This document shows positions 48,105 to 61,235 of a stretch of 64,000 bases of DNA, in pieces (the stretch's first letter is position 1; every line of letters begins with the position of its first letter). Under the pieces are notes generated by a model. The model worked only from the letters and a program-made list of their open reading frames with translations, had not been told where the DNA came from and searched no databases. The translations under genes and the position numbers were made by a program. The stretch lies in the NCBI GenBank assembly GCA_038087875.1, contig CM075987.1:18788001-18852000 (forward strand). Direction: 5' to 3'. The stretch comes from Malacoraja senta (lineage: Eukaryota).

Positions 48105-49439
48105 GTCCATCAAGAGAACTCAATGTAATTCAACAAACTCAAACACTCTCTTTTTGGGAAGTTCAGGAAAGCACTGAAGAACAGTAGAATGACACCGCCA
48201 AAGGATGGTTCAGATGGTTTTTACAAGGGGTCTTACCAGTAGATTCCTTGGCTGCACTTTCCCTAGTCATAGAGGTGTACAGCAGGGAAACAGGCCCTTC
48301 AGCCCACCTTGTCCATGCTAGTTAGCATATTGGCCATTTGCCTGCATTTGGCCCATAGCCCTATAAACTCTTCCTATCCATATATCTGAACAAATGTCTT
48401 TTAAACCATTACATTTCTTTTTGCCAAATAATTAACCAATTCCTTTTTGAAAGTTTGTGCTCTTTATGCCGAGCAGCTGATGTTTACAACCCATTCTGTG
48501 AATGAATGTCTTCTCATATTCTGTTGCACTTCATCATTTTTCCCCCACAATTATTTCATATCATATTGATTATAGCAATGCCCAGCAATCCAAAAGTACT
48601 TTAGTAGTAAAGTACCCCGAGGTTGCATATGCTAAAGTCATTTCCTTCTATTAACTCTACACAGCAAGTTGTACGTGACACTCTTCCTGGACAGTTGGAG
48701 CAACCCTTTCCTTCACTCAAGGGCATTGTGATATTAACAACTGAATAAATGCTTTACAAGGTATCTTGGCCCCACATGTCATACTGTAGTTACAGTTTAT
48801 AGACACGTTATGGTTAATATTCTGCAGATGGATGGGGAATTTAAACAGAACATACTGCAAAGGTCTTGATTAATAGCATTCACCAAATACATTCTCTGAA
48901 TAAACTGAAAATGCGAACTCTGCTAGATTTATTGACTTGTCTTGTAGATGGTTCTGTACACCTGCTATGTGGTAATAGTATTCTGCTAATTAATTAAAGT
49001 CTGCTCGTGCTGTCATACTGAAGGGTTGTGTGGAATAATGTTGCTCGAGTATTTATCAGACAATTAGTTGGCCATATATTTTCTCTTCAATTAACCTTGC
49101 CCAATACTTCGTAGACTACAAAAGTAAAAAAATATTAACCCTTGCGTGTAAATATAGTACAGGGAACCGATTGGCCTTGGGGGTGTTGTACTCTTATCTT
49201 GAAGGAAGGAAGGATTTGGTTTGTGGTTCACCTCAAACATTTGAGCATCTAATCCAGGCCAATGCAGGAGTGCCCTTCAGATGCAACATTAAGTTCATAA
49301 GTGATTGGGGTAGAATTAGGCCATTCGGCCCATCAAGTCAATTCAAGCATGGCCAATCTATCTTTCCCATCCCATTTTTTAAATGCATTTGCAGCAGCAA
49401 TTTGAAATAGAGGTAAGTCTTCACAATTCTATTTAAGCA

Positions 49440-49655
49440 CAAGCTGTGAGCTCCATTGTATCATGGTCAATGTATCCTTCAAACCAACATTAATTTTAAC
49501 AGCTTTCCCAATCATTATCACATTGCTTTTTTGTTAAATACTGGTGCGTTGGTTGTAATATATAGTCCACTACAAAAGTGCTTGCACATCAGGAAGTATG
49601 CCTTCAAATTTCAAATCCTGTTGTCATAAAGGCTCCTATGGAAATGCAAGTCATT
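49440..49655 (+). mobile_element. Ancient Deu-SINE/SacSINE-like 3' remnant
   Basis: Decayed …caacat…tcattatcacattgct…aaaggct…aaatgcaagtc, recognised from memory of the family. Confidence 0.45.
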
Positions 49656-49689
49656 TCATTCTTTGTGTACAATGCTAAACAGCAAAGAT

Positions 49690-50230
49690 AGAATATAGAC
49701 CAATACAACTCAGGAACAGGCCCTTCAGCCCACAATGCCCGTTGCAAACATGATGCCAAGTTAAACTAATATCCGCTGCCTGCAAGTGATCCATATCCCT
49801 TCATATACATGTACCTATCTAAAAGCTTCCAAAGTGCAATTATCATATTTGGCTCCACCACCACCCCTGGCAGCACATTCCAGTCATCTAACACACTGCA
49901 AAAACTTACACTGCACATCTCCTTTAAACTTTGCTCCTCTCACCTTGAACCTATGTCCTCTAGTCTGCAGAAGGGGTTCGGCCCGAAACGTTGCCTATTT
50001 CCTTCGCTCCATAGATGCTGCCTCACCCGCTGAGTTTCTCCAGCACTTTTGTCTACCTCCTCCAGTCTTTGATGTTTTCACCCTGGTAAAATATTTTTTG
50101 ACTGCGTACCTTATCTATGCCTCTCATAATTTTATATATTTCTATCAGGTCTCCCCTCAAACTCCAGCATTCCAGAGAAAACAATCCAAGTAAATCTATC
50201 CTCTCCTTATACTTTAATCCAGACAGCAAT
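49690..50230 (-). mobile_element. CR1 3' fragment with nested Penelope-derived insertion (about 49967-50057)
   Basis: CR1 tail motifs; insertion flanked by cctc(t/c)agtct. Confidence 0.7.
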
Positions 50231-50801
50231 CTGGTAAAAATCCATCCTGGAGAAAATGTTGGTTTTAAATTAACCGCTCTGAAGATAACATCTAAACCCA
50301 GGATGTTTTATGGCAGCAAATGTTCTCCAAATATTTCACAGTCATTCTTCATTTGGTAACCCAGTGAGTTAATAGGCTGTTTAGCCATGGATAGGATCAC
50401 AGCAGTGCCTTTACCCAACATCCATAAGCCCTCATTTTCACAAGATAGCTTCTCTCACTGAATTGCCGGCTAGTTCTTCCATATCATTCCCACATAGACT
50501 GGGGTTCAAATGTAGGACTTTGGCTCATTTCAGCCATGCAGTAAGTTAACCAGGTTATCCACTGGGAGCAATTCAACAGACTGCTCTAAGTATCATCCTT
50601 ATTAGTGCTTGATCAATAGCAGCAAAGCAGGCTCAGAGGAACACAGCAGCCCTGATCTGGAGGCCTATTCATTGTACAATTGCCTGACTATACTCTAACA
50701 GAGTGCTTGCATATCTGGAGTGCATGATCACACTGAAATATCTCAAAATCCTCCCTGACACAAATATATTTTAAATCTGTGAAGCAAATTGAAATAGTCT
50801 C

Positions 50802-50832
<31 letters not shown>

Positions 50833-50959
50833 AGGTTGAGTGTTAAAACTTTAAAGATTTTGATTGGGAACTGAATCCAACTCAAACAAAACATTTCAGT
50901 GAAAATAATGGGGGAAGAAGCAAGAGTTTGAGGTAAAATGTCAATAAGTGATTAAGACT

Positions 50960-51390
50960 CCAGCATTACATCCTGACCTTGGGTGCTGTATGGAATTTGC
51001 ATATTCTCCCTGTGATTGCATGGGTTTCTTCCGGGCGTTCCAATTTCCTCCCACATCCCAAAGATGTGCTGGTTTGTTGGTAAATTGGCCTCTGTAAATT
51101 GCCCCGAATGTGTAGGGAGTGGATGATAAAGTAAGATAACATAGCAGTGCAAACAGCTGATCGAAGGTTGGCATGGACTCGGTGGATCTCTGTATAAGCA
51201 GGAACGGCAGATGCAGGTTAAAACCAAAGATAGACATAAAAAGCTGGAGTAACTCAGCGGGACAGGCAGCATCTCTGGAGAGAAGGAATGGGTGACGTTT
51301 CGGGTCGAGTCCCTTCTTCAGCAACCCATTCCTTCTCTCCAGAGATGCTGCCTGTCCTGTTGAATTACTCCAGCTTTGTGTGTCTATCTT
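50960..51390. mobile_element. HE1-like SINE followed by a palindromic Penelope-derived repeat
   Basis: SINE body at 50960-51186; inverted arms at about 51225-51390 with a minus-strand hammerhead core at 51294-51321. Confidence 0.7.
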
Positions 51391-52135
51391 AGGGATCATC
51401 ATCTATTCCTCTCAGACAATGCACATCCAGGACTAACTTCCACAAGAGATGATTCTTGGATAGAACTTGGGCAATGGCTTTCTGCTTGCAATTCTTCTGC
51501 CATTGTTCCAGAACTCTTATCCCAAATCCTTCCTTCTCATGGCAATCCATTTTCCTTCCTTCCAAAGCCACTACAACACCACTGATAAATATATGAATGA
51601 AGTATTTGATCTCAATGATTCTTTACCCCTTGGTAAATTTCTCCACTTCTTTTAAGACAATCAAAATTAGTTGAGGAAACCTCAATATTTATTATAACTT
51701 TCTGCATTAATCTTCAATGGAAAAATTGGCTTGATCAGGTGGCATTTTTGTGGATTGCATCATATCTAGACCCAACGATGCCAATCATAACTAATCCTAT
51801 CTACCAGCACATGCCCTGCATCTTTCCATTCCCTACCCATGCAAGTATCTGTAAATGCTTCTTTAACATTGTTATTGTATCTGCTTTACCATCCACTAAA
51901 TGCAAAAACCTAGCCTTGCACAACCCCTTTAACCCCCCCCTCTCACTTTTAACCCATGCCCTCAAATATTTGACTTTTCTATTTTGGTAAAAAGACCTCC
52001 CCTTTCATTAACCACCCTCTTGTTCCTTGGGATTCTCCTTAATCTTACTTACCAAGAATATTTCATGCCTTCTTTTAGCACTCCTAATTTATTTCATGCT
52101 TCCATTCTATTCCTCAAGGGTGTTGCCTAACCTCA

Positions 52136-52182
52136 GCTTCCTGAACCTAATATATGCTTCCTGAACCTAATATATGCTTCCT
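52136..52182. repeat. 20-bp tandem duplication
   Basis: gcttcctgaacctaatatat x2.3. Confidence 0.9.
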
Positions 52183-53599
52183 TTTCCTTATTACTATTAT
52201 CACTGTGGTTTTAATGGGGATAAATCTGAGATACATCGGGCAGTGTAATAAATCTGTGACTAAAATAGGAGATATTTAGACAAAGGGGTCAGTTGTAAAG
52301 AGGTGTGAGGGGGAAATACTTAAAAGTAGAGGAATTTGGGAGGGGACAGAGAATGGTGTGTAAAAATATGGTTAGACCACTGGAAAGTCAGTGGCTGGTT
52401 TAATCTTGGTTTGTCAGAAACCAGGAAGTTTGTCCTTTGCTCTCCATTGAAATAATGCCATGGCATCTTTCAGAGATCTAGATTTAAAGTCAGCACCTAC
52501 AATGCCACACTCTCGCAGTTCTGCACAGGGAATGTCTGCATAGGTCTTCGAACAACATGGGCAAAAATATATTTTTGGTATAGCAACAAGAAGGGTGAAA
52601 ATTTTGTATAGAATCTGTGGAAAGCCATCCAGTTATTAAGAATGCAGTCATAATAAAGATCTTTTAACGATTTCAGGAGATAAAAAAAAGACCCCATTTC
52701 CAGAATTAATTTGGATTACCTTTCCCCCTTGTATACGAGCTGAGTGACTCATGACTGATTGAACCTGCAAAGAGATTTAGAGTCCCAGAGGGACACTACA
52801 GTTTATAAACCTGTCAAGACCACAGTGCTAAGGATTATAGAGTTTTACAAGACAATACTATCGGGATCTCGACCCAACACACACCCTGGGAATTGACTCC
52901 AACAGAATTATTTTAATCCTATACTTATCACTGATCTGCAAATAAAATAATGTCAAGTGCAGTGTCATATTTAAAAGGATCTTTGTCTATTTTAAGCATG
53001 AAAGATGAAAAACAAATTGTATTTAAGACTAAGTTCGACATCCTGCTGGAAGAACAAGCAACAGGATCAAAGGCAGTTTCTGAATAACTATTCACTTTGA
53101 CTTGCTTAAAATATTCCCTTTTGAAAAAAATCCATCCCTTGATAATCTACTAAACAATAAACCAAGTCATATAGAACAATGTGTAGTACAGCAGAGGAAT
53201 ATGCCATTTAGCCCATAATATTGGTGCCAAACATGATGCCAAGTTAAATTAATCTCCTCTACCTGCATTCGATCTATATCCCTGCATATCCATGTGCCTA
53301 TCCAAGAGCCTCTTAAAGGCCGCTATCATGTCTGCCTCCACGACCACACCAGGCACCCACCACTCTGTGTGAAGAAACTTTGCCCCTTTCAACTTAAAGC
53401 TATTGATATGTCAGAGCATCCAATGTTACCTTAAGTTTTGAAATGTATGTTCTCAGTTGTTGACCTGTCTAAATCATAGTTTCCTCGTTAACTCTTCCAT
53501 TTGCAATGTAATTTATATAAACCTACCATGAAATTAAAAAACTTAATTTAACTCACTATTTTATTAAAGCAAGGGAAAAATAATTATCCAAAGATGGTG

Positions 53600-54110
53600 T
53601 TGGACTTAGATGACTGTTGGTACTCTTGCCTCTGAATTCATAGTGCAGTCCAGGGACCTGTTCATCCAACCTATGCTTATGCTCTAATGCAGCACCTTGC
53701 AAGTCCGATAAGGCTGGAGGTTATGGCTTTCATGCAAGACATTACATTTTAGATGGGTTCAAGAGATCCTTTGTTACCATCCAAACAGCAGAGCATCTTA
53801 CCGTTTCTTTACCAATACTTATTACTCAAGCCAGATGAGGAATAAGTTGAGTCTGAAGAAGGGTCCCGACCTGAAACTTCACACATCCTTTTTCTCCAGA
53901 GATGCTGCCTGGTCCACTAATTAATCCAACACTTTGTGGCTATCTTCAGAGAAATGGGCTACCTGGTCATTTATGCCGTCCCTGTTTGGTGGAGGTTTAC
54001 TGAGAGCAACAAGTGACTGCATTCCTCGCAACACTGTCGACTCAGCACAAATACTCATCCAGACAGCAAGTCTGTAGGCTCACCATAAGGATGTGGAAAT
54101 GGTTGGTATA
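53600..54110 (+). mobile_element. Ancient Deu-SINE/SacSINE-like element interrupted by a Penelope-derived insertion (about 53849-53948)
   Basis: ggtactcttgcctctga head remnant, agagatcc…, ctggtcatt…gtttg body; heavily decayed. Confidence 0.45.
53851..53882 (+). ncRNA. Minimal type I hammerhead-like motif in Penelope-derived repeat
   Basis: GU-CUGAAGA-A-GGGU-CCCG-ACCU-GAAAC-UUC-AC; core nucleotides retained, stems I and III very short. Confidence 0.45.
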
Positions 54111-54269
54111 TTGTTCATTCTGGATTGCAGAGAACTGGAAATAAAAAGGTCTCGAATAATTGAACATAGTACATTAGAGGAACGGGGCCCTTCGGCCCAC
54201 AACGTCCCAGCCGAACATGATGCCAAGAGAAACGAGTTTCCTCTCCCTGCTTATCCATCTAAAAGCATC

Positions 54270-54452
54270 TAAATAAACTTTATTCAGAATAATAAATACA
54301 AAGCAATAACAGTGCAAATCTCTTCTGACATTCTCAGCGGCATTCATTAACGTTACATTGGGCAGTGTTCACAAAACTATCATTATACCAGGCCCCCTTG
54401 CCACTCATGTAGCCCCCTGGGGTGATATTCCTTCTCTTGTTTGAGGAGCAGC
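54270..54452 (-). mobile_element. Possible Tx1/L1-type 3' end inserted in a CR1 fragment (about 54165-54630)
   Basis: Minus strand ends …ttctgaataaagtttattt; interrupts CR1 tail sequence. Confidence 0.35.
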
Positions 54453-55224
54453 TCCTCCACACCCGGCAATGTGTTCCAGGCACCCACCACCCTCCGTGTA
54501 AAAAAAAAATTGCCCCGCACGTCTCCTTCAAACGTTGCCCCTCTCAATGGACATCTCAACCCTGGCATAAAAGTCCTCACAGTCTACCCTTCCTATGCCT
54601 CTCGTGATTGTATATACTTGTGTCAGGTCTGGCGATCATTTCGATTGACTGCAATGAAATGGAAGCCTGATCAACAGGATGTCAGCAGTGGGATTGAAAG
54701 TCGAGGTGAATAATTTCCCCCTGTCCTGGGCCACTGCCTCTGCTGCCCGCAGGCCCCTCACCTCAGACACAGGGCTAACACTCAGCGGCCACAGTTCAAA
54801 CAACCTGCTGCTGATCAAAGTCCAGCCTCGCTCCTCTGAGACCCTGTTCCTCACCCCAACACTGTTACATTAATCCCCCACCCACAGGAGAAACGTAACT
54901 GTCAGGAATGATTTACGCCCGACCTCCTGACTAGGTGGCTGCCACCAGTCGTCCTGGGACAGGACGTGTTTATGGGGATTAGTGGCTGCGGTTCGCCTTA
55001 AGCGGGCGGCGGGGGAGGCGACCCAGGGGAAGGATGCGGGAACGGGCGTCAGCCGCGGAGGTTTTACATAAAGAAGCATTGAAAATAAAGCACACAACGC
55101 AATGCCCTATCGATTTTTAAAAAATGTTTTCTTTCTGCATCTGCTAATGCACCGATTGTCCGGATGATTTCTTCGCGAAGACAACAGTTGCTTATTTAAT
55201 AGTGCGCGTCTAATCGCAAGCTAC

Positions 55225-55330
55225 AGTCTACCCAGGACACCTAAACACACACTATCCCAGGGTGCAACTACATTGTACCCCGGACAGACAGACACACACA
55301 CACACTGTACCCCAGGGTACACAGTTACAT
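55225..55330. repeat. Degenerate AC-rich minisatellite (similar texture at 55675-55850)
   Basis: Recurring cacactgtaccccaggg-like units. Confidence 0.5.
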
Positions 55331-56559
55331 GCCAAGGATATGTTTCGTATATTGAGGTTTGGCAGCTCCAAGGGTTACAGTCATTCTCTACAACTCCCAA
55401 TTATACTCGCACAACCTGTACAGTTCCCGAGGCGGAATTGGTTTGTCAGTTAGAATCAGTAGTTTATAAATGTTTGGACCTGGGACACTCCTGGCGGTTC
55501 TTCGCACCCAAATGAGATTGGAGCGTGTTTAATTGTCATATGAAATTATAACTTGCAGCAGCAAAACAGGCCCATAAACAACACTCACAGATAATATAGA
55601 ATAAACAACAAAATTCAACCCCACTGTTGAGTGCAAATATTACCACGATATGAATAACGCCAAGATGATAATACTGACACACACTTGTGGAACAGCGCAC
55701 TCACTGACACACCCCAGTGCATGTAGTAACACACTCCTGAAACACTCACGTGCCATAATCCATGTAGCGACACACTCCTGTGTCACAGTGCATGGAGGAA
55801 CACACACCAGCTGCACCCCAGTGCGTGTCCAGACACACTCCGGGCAATGTTTCAAACAGTGAAACAGTCCAGGAGTGATTACAAGATTTGATCAATGCCT
55901 GAGAGACAGCAGGAAAGACTCCTGATAATTTGGCACAAATATTGATGCACCAACCTCACTTCACAAAAGCAAATTCTCCCACCCAAATAATAAAATAAAC
56001 AGCTCTGTAACAAACACTAACAAAACATGCAGCACAAAGTTTTCAGGGCATTAGCCTGCCCTGCTTTGCATGTATTTCCCCTCATGGACAGACATTTTAT
56101 GGAAGAGCTGAACCTCTGATATCCATTTACAAATTCCCTGCTTCCACAGAACTCACTTCAAAACCCATCGCCTGCATTCTCACGGTGGAAAAAAACCTTC
56201 CTCAGAACCCCACTAAACCTCTTACTTAGTCTGGCAATTTATTTTTACACGGGACTTTATGCATAACCTTCCTTCCATGGCAAGGTCAGAAGTGGGGTTA
56301 TTTGTTCATGGTTGCAACTCAAGAGTCAAGTCAAGAGAGTTTATTGTCATGTGTCCCAGATAGGACAATGAAATTCTTGTTGAATAAAAACTCCCTTGTT
56401 CAATCCCTTTTGCAACTCCTCAGCGAAAGTAACAACCCACACCTGCACACAGCAAGACCAGGACATCAGTAGGTATGAGTAGCAACAGTCACACCACTAA
56501 AGTGTCAGGCAATGCCCATTTTCAACAAGAGAGAACCAAAGTACTCACCCTTGCTGATT

Positions 56560-57175
56560 CTTCCACTATCAATGCTGCAGGAAGTCACCATTGACCAGAA
56601 ACTCAACTGGATCAGCCACCACAGTATTGTGCCTACAAGAAGAAGTCAGAGGCTAGGTACCTTTAGTAGGTGACATGCCTCCAGTCATCACAAGGCTCAC
56701 CCACTCAAGGCACAAAACAGCAATGTGATGGAATACTCTTCACTTGACTGCAGGCATGCAGTCGTAACTACTCTCCTGAGGCTCAACACCATCTAGGTCA
56801 ACACTACCCACTAAACAACCATAAGCATTTGTTCCCTCCATAACCAGCACATAGAGACTGCAGTGGCACCCATCAATAAATTGTACCACACTTATTCACC
56901 TTTTGGCCATTTTGAAAGATCTTCCCAAGCCTATAACCTCCACCACCAAGGAGATAAGCACAACAGGCACATGGGAACACCGCCATCTCCAGATTCCTTG
57001 TCAAGTCGCACACAATTCTCATTTGGAAATAAATAATCTGTCCTTCATGGTTTCTGGGTTTAAATCCTGGAATTCCCTGCCCCACAGCACGGTGGGTGCA
57101 CCTCTACCAGTAGGCAGCAGTTCAAGAAGAGACTTCACCACCATTGACTCAAGCACAATCGGTGATGGACAATAC
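56560..57175 (+). mobile_element. Old CR1/L2-group LINE, RT C-terminal remnant
   Basis: Decayed VTIDQKLNWISH…QRLG…VMEYS…SWNSLP coding sequence. Confidence 0.65.
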
Positions 57176-59387
57176 CGTATATGTTGACCAAGCCCAGATT
57201 CAGAAGATAAATTTTAAAAACTCTAGCGTCCTCTTAAAGGCCCTCCACAGTTGTAACAAGACATCCCAAATAACTGAAATAACTGTTCCAACCATTATAT
57301 TGACAAGTTCTCCTATTTGTAAGAATCTGTGTACACACATTCCAAAGTCCATTTGTTCCTGAACTGTACTTAGCATATATACTCTCTGAGGTTCTAACAT
57401 CTTTCAGATTACACTGCTTCCCAGTTCTGTGGATTAAATTATATTCATTACAATTTTGCCAAACTGCACATTAATCTTCATCTCTGGAATTGGTGCACTT
57501 CAATGCTGAGAACTATATTCTGCAGTCTGTACCCTCACCTTTGCTCTCCCATTGTGTTTGAGCTTGGCTTGATTGCATTTATGTACCGTATGGTATAATC
57601 AGAGTTCATTGGATAACATGCACAAACAAAGCTTTTTACTGTAACTTGGTACACATGATAATAAAAACCTAATGGGACAATCTATGTCTCACACTTTCCT
57701 CCTGACTGTCAACCATAAGAACAATTTTAAATCATTGATATGATTTAAGTGATTTCCATGAATGCCCATTAGTTCCACACCTAAAGCACAAACATACCAG
57801 CTAACATTTACAATTTACTTTCATCACCGCACTAATTCCAGGTCCAATCTGCTAGACTCCCTCGGATTACATGGGCTTTTAACTTTTTTTTGATGAGTCT
57901 GCTGTGTGATACCTCGTCAAAAGCTCATAAAAATGCACAACCATTAACTCAAAACTGCCTTCATCAACTCTGATTGTTAACCACCTCAACAGGTTCAATC
58001 AATTGTGTCAGATACGACTTTCTTCACATGCTGTTCCTTTCTTTCAAGGATATTTAGAAAGTCCTTAAGAATAATATACAGTACTTTGGCTAGCACAAAA
58101 TTAAATTAACTATCTCTATCCTTTTCACCCTTTTTAAACAAAAGACCAATGTTAGCAGGGCTCTGCTTTCCCTGTGGCCATTGAGGATCAATAATTATCA
58201 CCAATACAAGACCCTCCTTGTTTAAACAACCTACCCTGGCAACTTATCAATTTTCCAACATCCTAAAAACGTAACTACATTTATTTTACAATGTTTATCA
58301 TATTCACTGTTTCAGAATACAAAGTCCGAAGAAGGGTCCTGTGAAACGTGGTCTGTCCATTCCCTCCACAGATACTGCCTGCCTGCTGAATTCCTCCAGC
58401 TGTTTGAGGTTTGTTCAGTCTTAACTGCAACATTGGTGTCATCTATGTAATAATAGATGGAAAATATTGATTGGAAACCTTAACCACATCCTCTGTCCAC
58501 ACATGGGCTCCTCATCGAACCAACTCTAGGTTTAGGTTTCTCAAGATCGCTATGTATTGATAAAACAGTTTAGGAGATCAGTTGTCAATATTTTCACAGT
58601 CCCTCATTAGTACTTTCAAAACTTCATTTTTTATTGTCATTCTTACATTCTTACATTTTCTAGTCCTCCATCTTTAACCAATAATTACACAATCTAAGCC
58701 TGTTTTAATTTTGAACACCTCAATCGGGTCTCCCCTCAGCCTCTTCTGCGGCAAGCAAAATAATCCCTGCAAATCCAATGTTTTAGTCATGGTGAAATCC
58801 TCACAATTCTCCACCCACCCTCCCCAGTGTAGCTATGTGTCAAGTTTTGATTAATAACGTCCCTGTGAAGCAGATTTGAAACACTTTAATTTATTGTAGA
58901 ACCAAATAAATGCAAGTTCTTGCTAATATTGGCAGAATGCTGCAAGGTTCTGTTATACTCAACTATAAGCACGCACAGCCTGTAAACAGTGTTTATGCAT
59001 TGGAGCCACAGTTAGCCATCTTGTTTGAGCCAAGCTGGTAATCAATAGAACATAAACATAAAATGTTGTCTGGATTCGAGGCTTTAGCTATAGGGAGACG
59101 GATGGACCACCCTGGATTGTTTTTTTTTTTGGAGCGTCAGAGGCTGAGGGAATACCTGATTGAAATATAAACAAATATGAGAGGCATAGATAAGGTGGAC
59201 ATTCAGAACATTTTTCTCAGGGTGAATATGCCAAACACTGGAGGGCATATCTTTAAGGTGATGGGAGCAAAGTTTAAAGGAGATGAGTATGGGGTTTTTT
59301 ACACAGAGAGTGGTGGATGCCTGGAACGTACTGCTGGGGTTGGTGTCTGAGGTATTTAAGAAGCTCCTAGGTTGATACATGAATATC

Positions 59388-60034
59388 CAACATTCATAGC
59401 AAAATGATTTGAGTATAGGAGCAGGGAGGTTCTACTGCAGTTGTACAGGGTCTTGGTGAGACCACACCTGGAGTATTGCGTACAATTTTGGTCTCCAAAT
59501 CTGAGGAAAGACATTCTTGCCATAGAGGGAGTACAGAGAAGGTTCACCAGATTGATTCCTGGGATGTCAGGACTTTCATATGAAGAAAGACTGGATAGAC
59601 TCGGCTTGTACTCGCTAGAATTTAGAAGATTGAGGGGGGATCTTATAGAAACTTACAAAATTCTTAAGGGGTTGGACAGACTAGATGCAGGAAGATTGTT
59701 CCCGTTGTTGGGGAAGTCCAGGACAAGGGATCACAGTTTAAGGATTAAGGGGAAATCCTTTAGGACCGAGATGAGAAAATCATTTTTCACACAGAGAGTG
59801 GTGAATCTCTGGAACTCTCTGCCACAGAAGGTAGTTGAGGCCAGTTCATTGGCTATATTTAAGAGGGAGCTAGATGTGGCCCTTGTGGCTAAAGAGATCA
59901 GGGGGTATGGAGAGAAGGCAGGTACAGGATACTGAGTTGGATGATCAGCCATGATCATATTGAATGGCGGTGCAGGCTCGAAGGGCCGAATGGCCTACTC
60001 CTGCACCTATTTTCCATGTTTCTATGTTTCTATG
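59388..60034 (+). mobile_element. Young 5'-truncated CR1 LINE nested in an older CR1 (59080-59387, resuming at 60035)
   Basis: ORF 59441-59935 nearly identical to the C-terminal part of 17363-18133; (TTTCTATG)n tail. Confidence 0.95.
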
Positions 60035-61235
60035 TTAATATGCAGGGTATGGAGGGATCAAGTGCAGGCAGAGGAGATCCGGCAGAAGAAAATGCAAATG
60101 CTGGAATCTTGCGTAGAACACAAAAGGCTGGAGTAACTCAACGGGCCAGACAGCATCTCTGGAGGACATGGATGTTTTGGGTAGGGGTCTTCTTCAGACT
60201 CGTCCCGACCCGAAACTTGACCTATCAATGTTTTCCAGGGATGCTGCCGGACTCGCTGAGTTACTCCAGCAAATATTTGTAAACCAGCATTTGCAGTTTC
60301 TTGTTTCTACATAAAAGAGGTCCAAGTTTGCGACGGACACTCCCTCTTATTCTACCATCACACCTATCCACAATATTCGGCTTTTTCTGACACGTTTTCA
60401 ACACAGCCCGCGATAAGATATTGAGCCATGAAGATACCAACATGGACTAAGTCCGCCCAGAGGCGAGGAGTGGGGCACAGTATCCCCCTTCTCACCAGCT
60501 TGCTTCTTGTCACCGCAATGGCCTCTACACACTTGGCCGGGTCACCATGCCATGTATATAAATAGGGGCACAATTATCACAATGTTTCACATCTCATCCC
60601 CCCTCCTAAAATAATTTAAACGGGACTGCTTTCCTCTGAGCAGACGACCCACTGACGATTAAACTCTTCACATGTTTCAAACATTGCAGATTATCTTTCA
60701 GCATATTCATTTTAATCAACAGCCGTTGCCCCCCTCTGATGTCGCCCCCAGTTCTTCTCTTTGTAGTATCTACCCCTCCTCCTGCAATCCCTGAGGAAAT
60801 CAGCTCCCGCGAACCGAGTCTCGAGTTCACCGAGACCGCCCACTCGTTGTCTCCGCGTTGCTTATAAGCCAACACTCTAATGGGCTGCCATACATTACAT
60901 TGGTGAACTCGCGTAATAAGATGATAAACGCCACCCATCGTATAAATATTTAATTCCGGGATATTTGCAAAGCGCTTTTCACTGGCAACGGGAAGCCACT
61001 TCATTCCAACGCAGTCAAGTGAAGTGCCTACAGGGCAGTGAGTACACAGCGCATTGTAGGTGTAGGCAAACTAGTATGTGTTGCAAAACATCACAACTTC
61101 AAATAAATGACATCGTATCGGGAAATAAAGAGAAATGGAAGTAGACAAAATGCTGGAGTAACTCAGCGGGACAGGCAGCATCTCTGGAGAGATTTAAACC
61201 AGCATCTGCAGTTCTTTCCGACACAAAGAGGAATG

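Noticed and set aside
50941..51402. 153-aa ORF
   Set aside because: Made up entirely of HE1 SINE and Penelope-derived repeat sequence
60606..61004. 132-aa minus-strand ORF
   Set aside because: No recognisable domain or splice context; better explained as regulatory non-coding DNA
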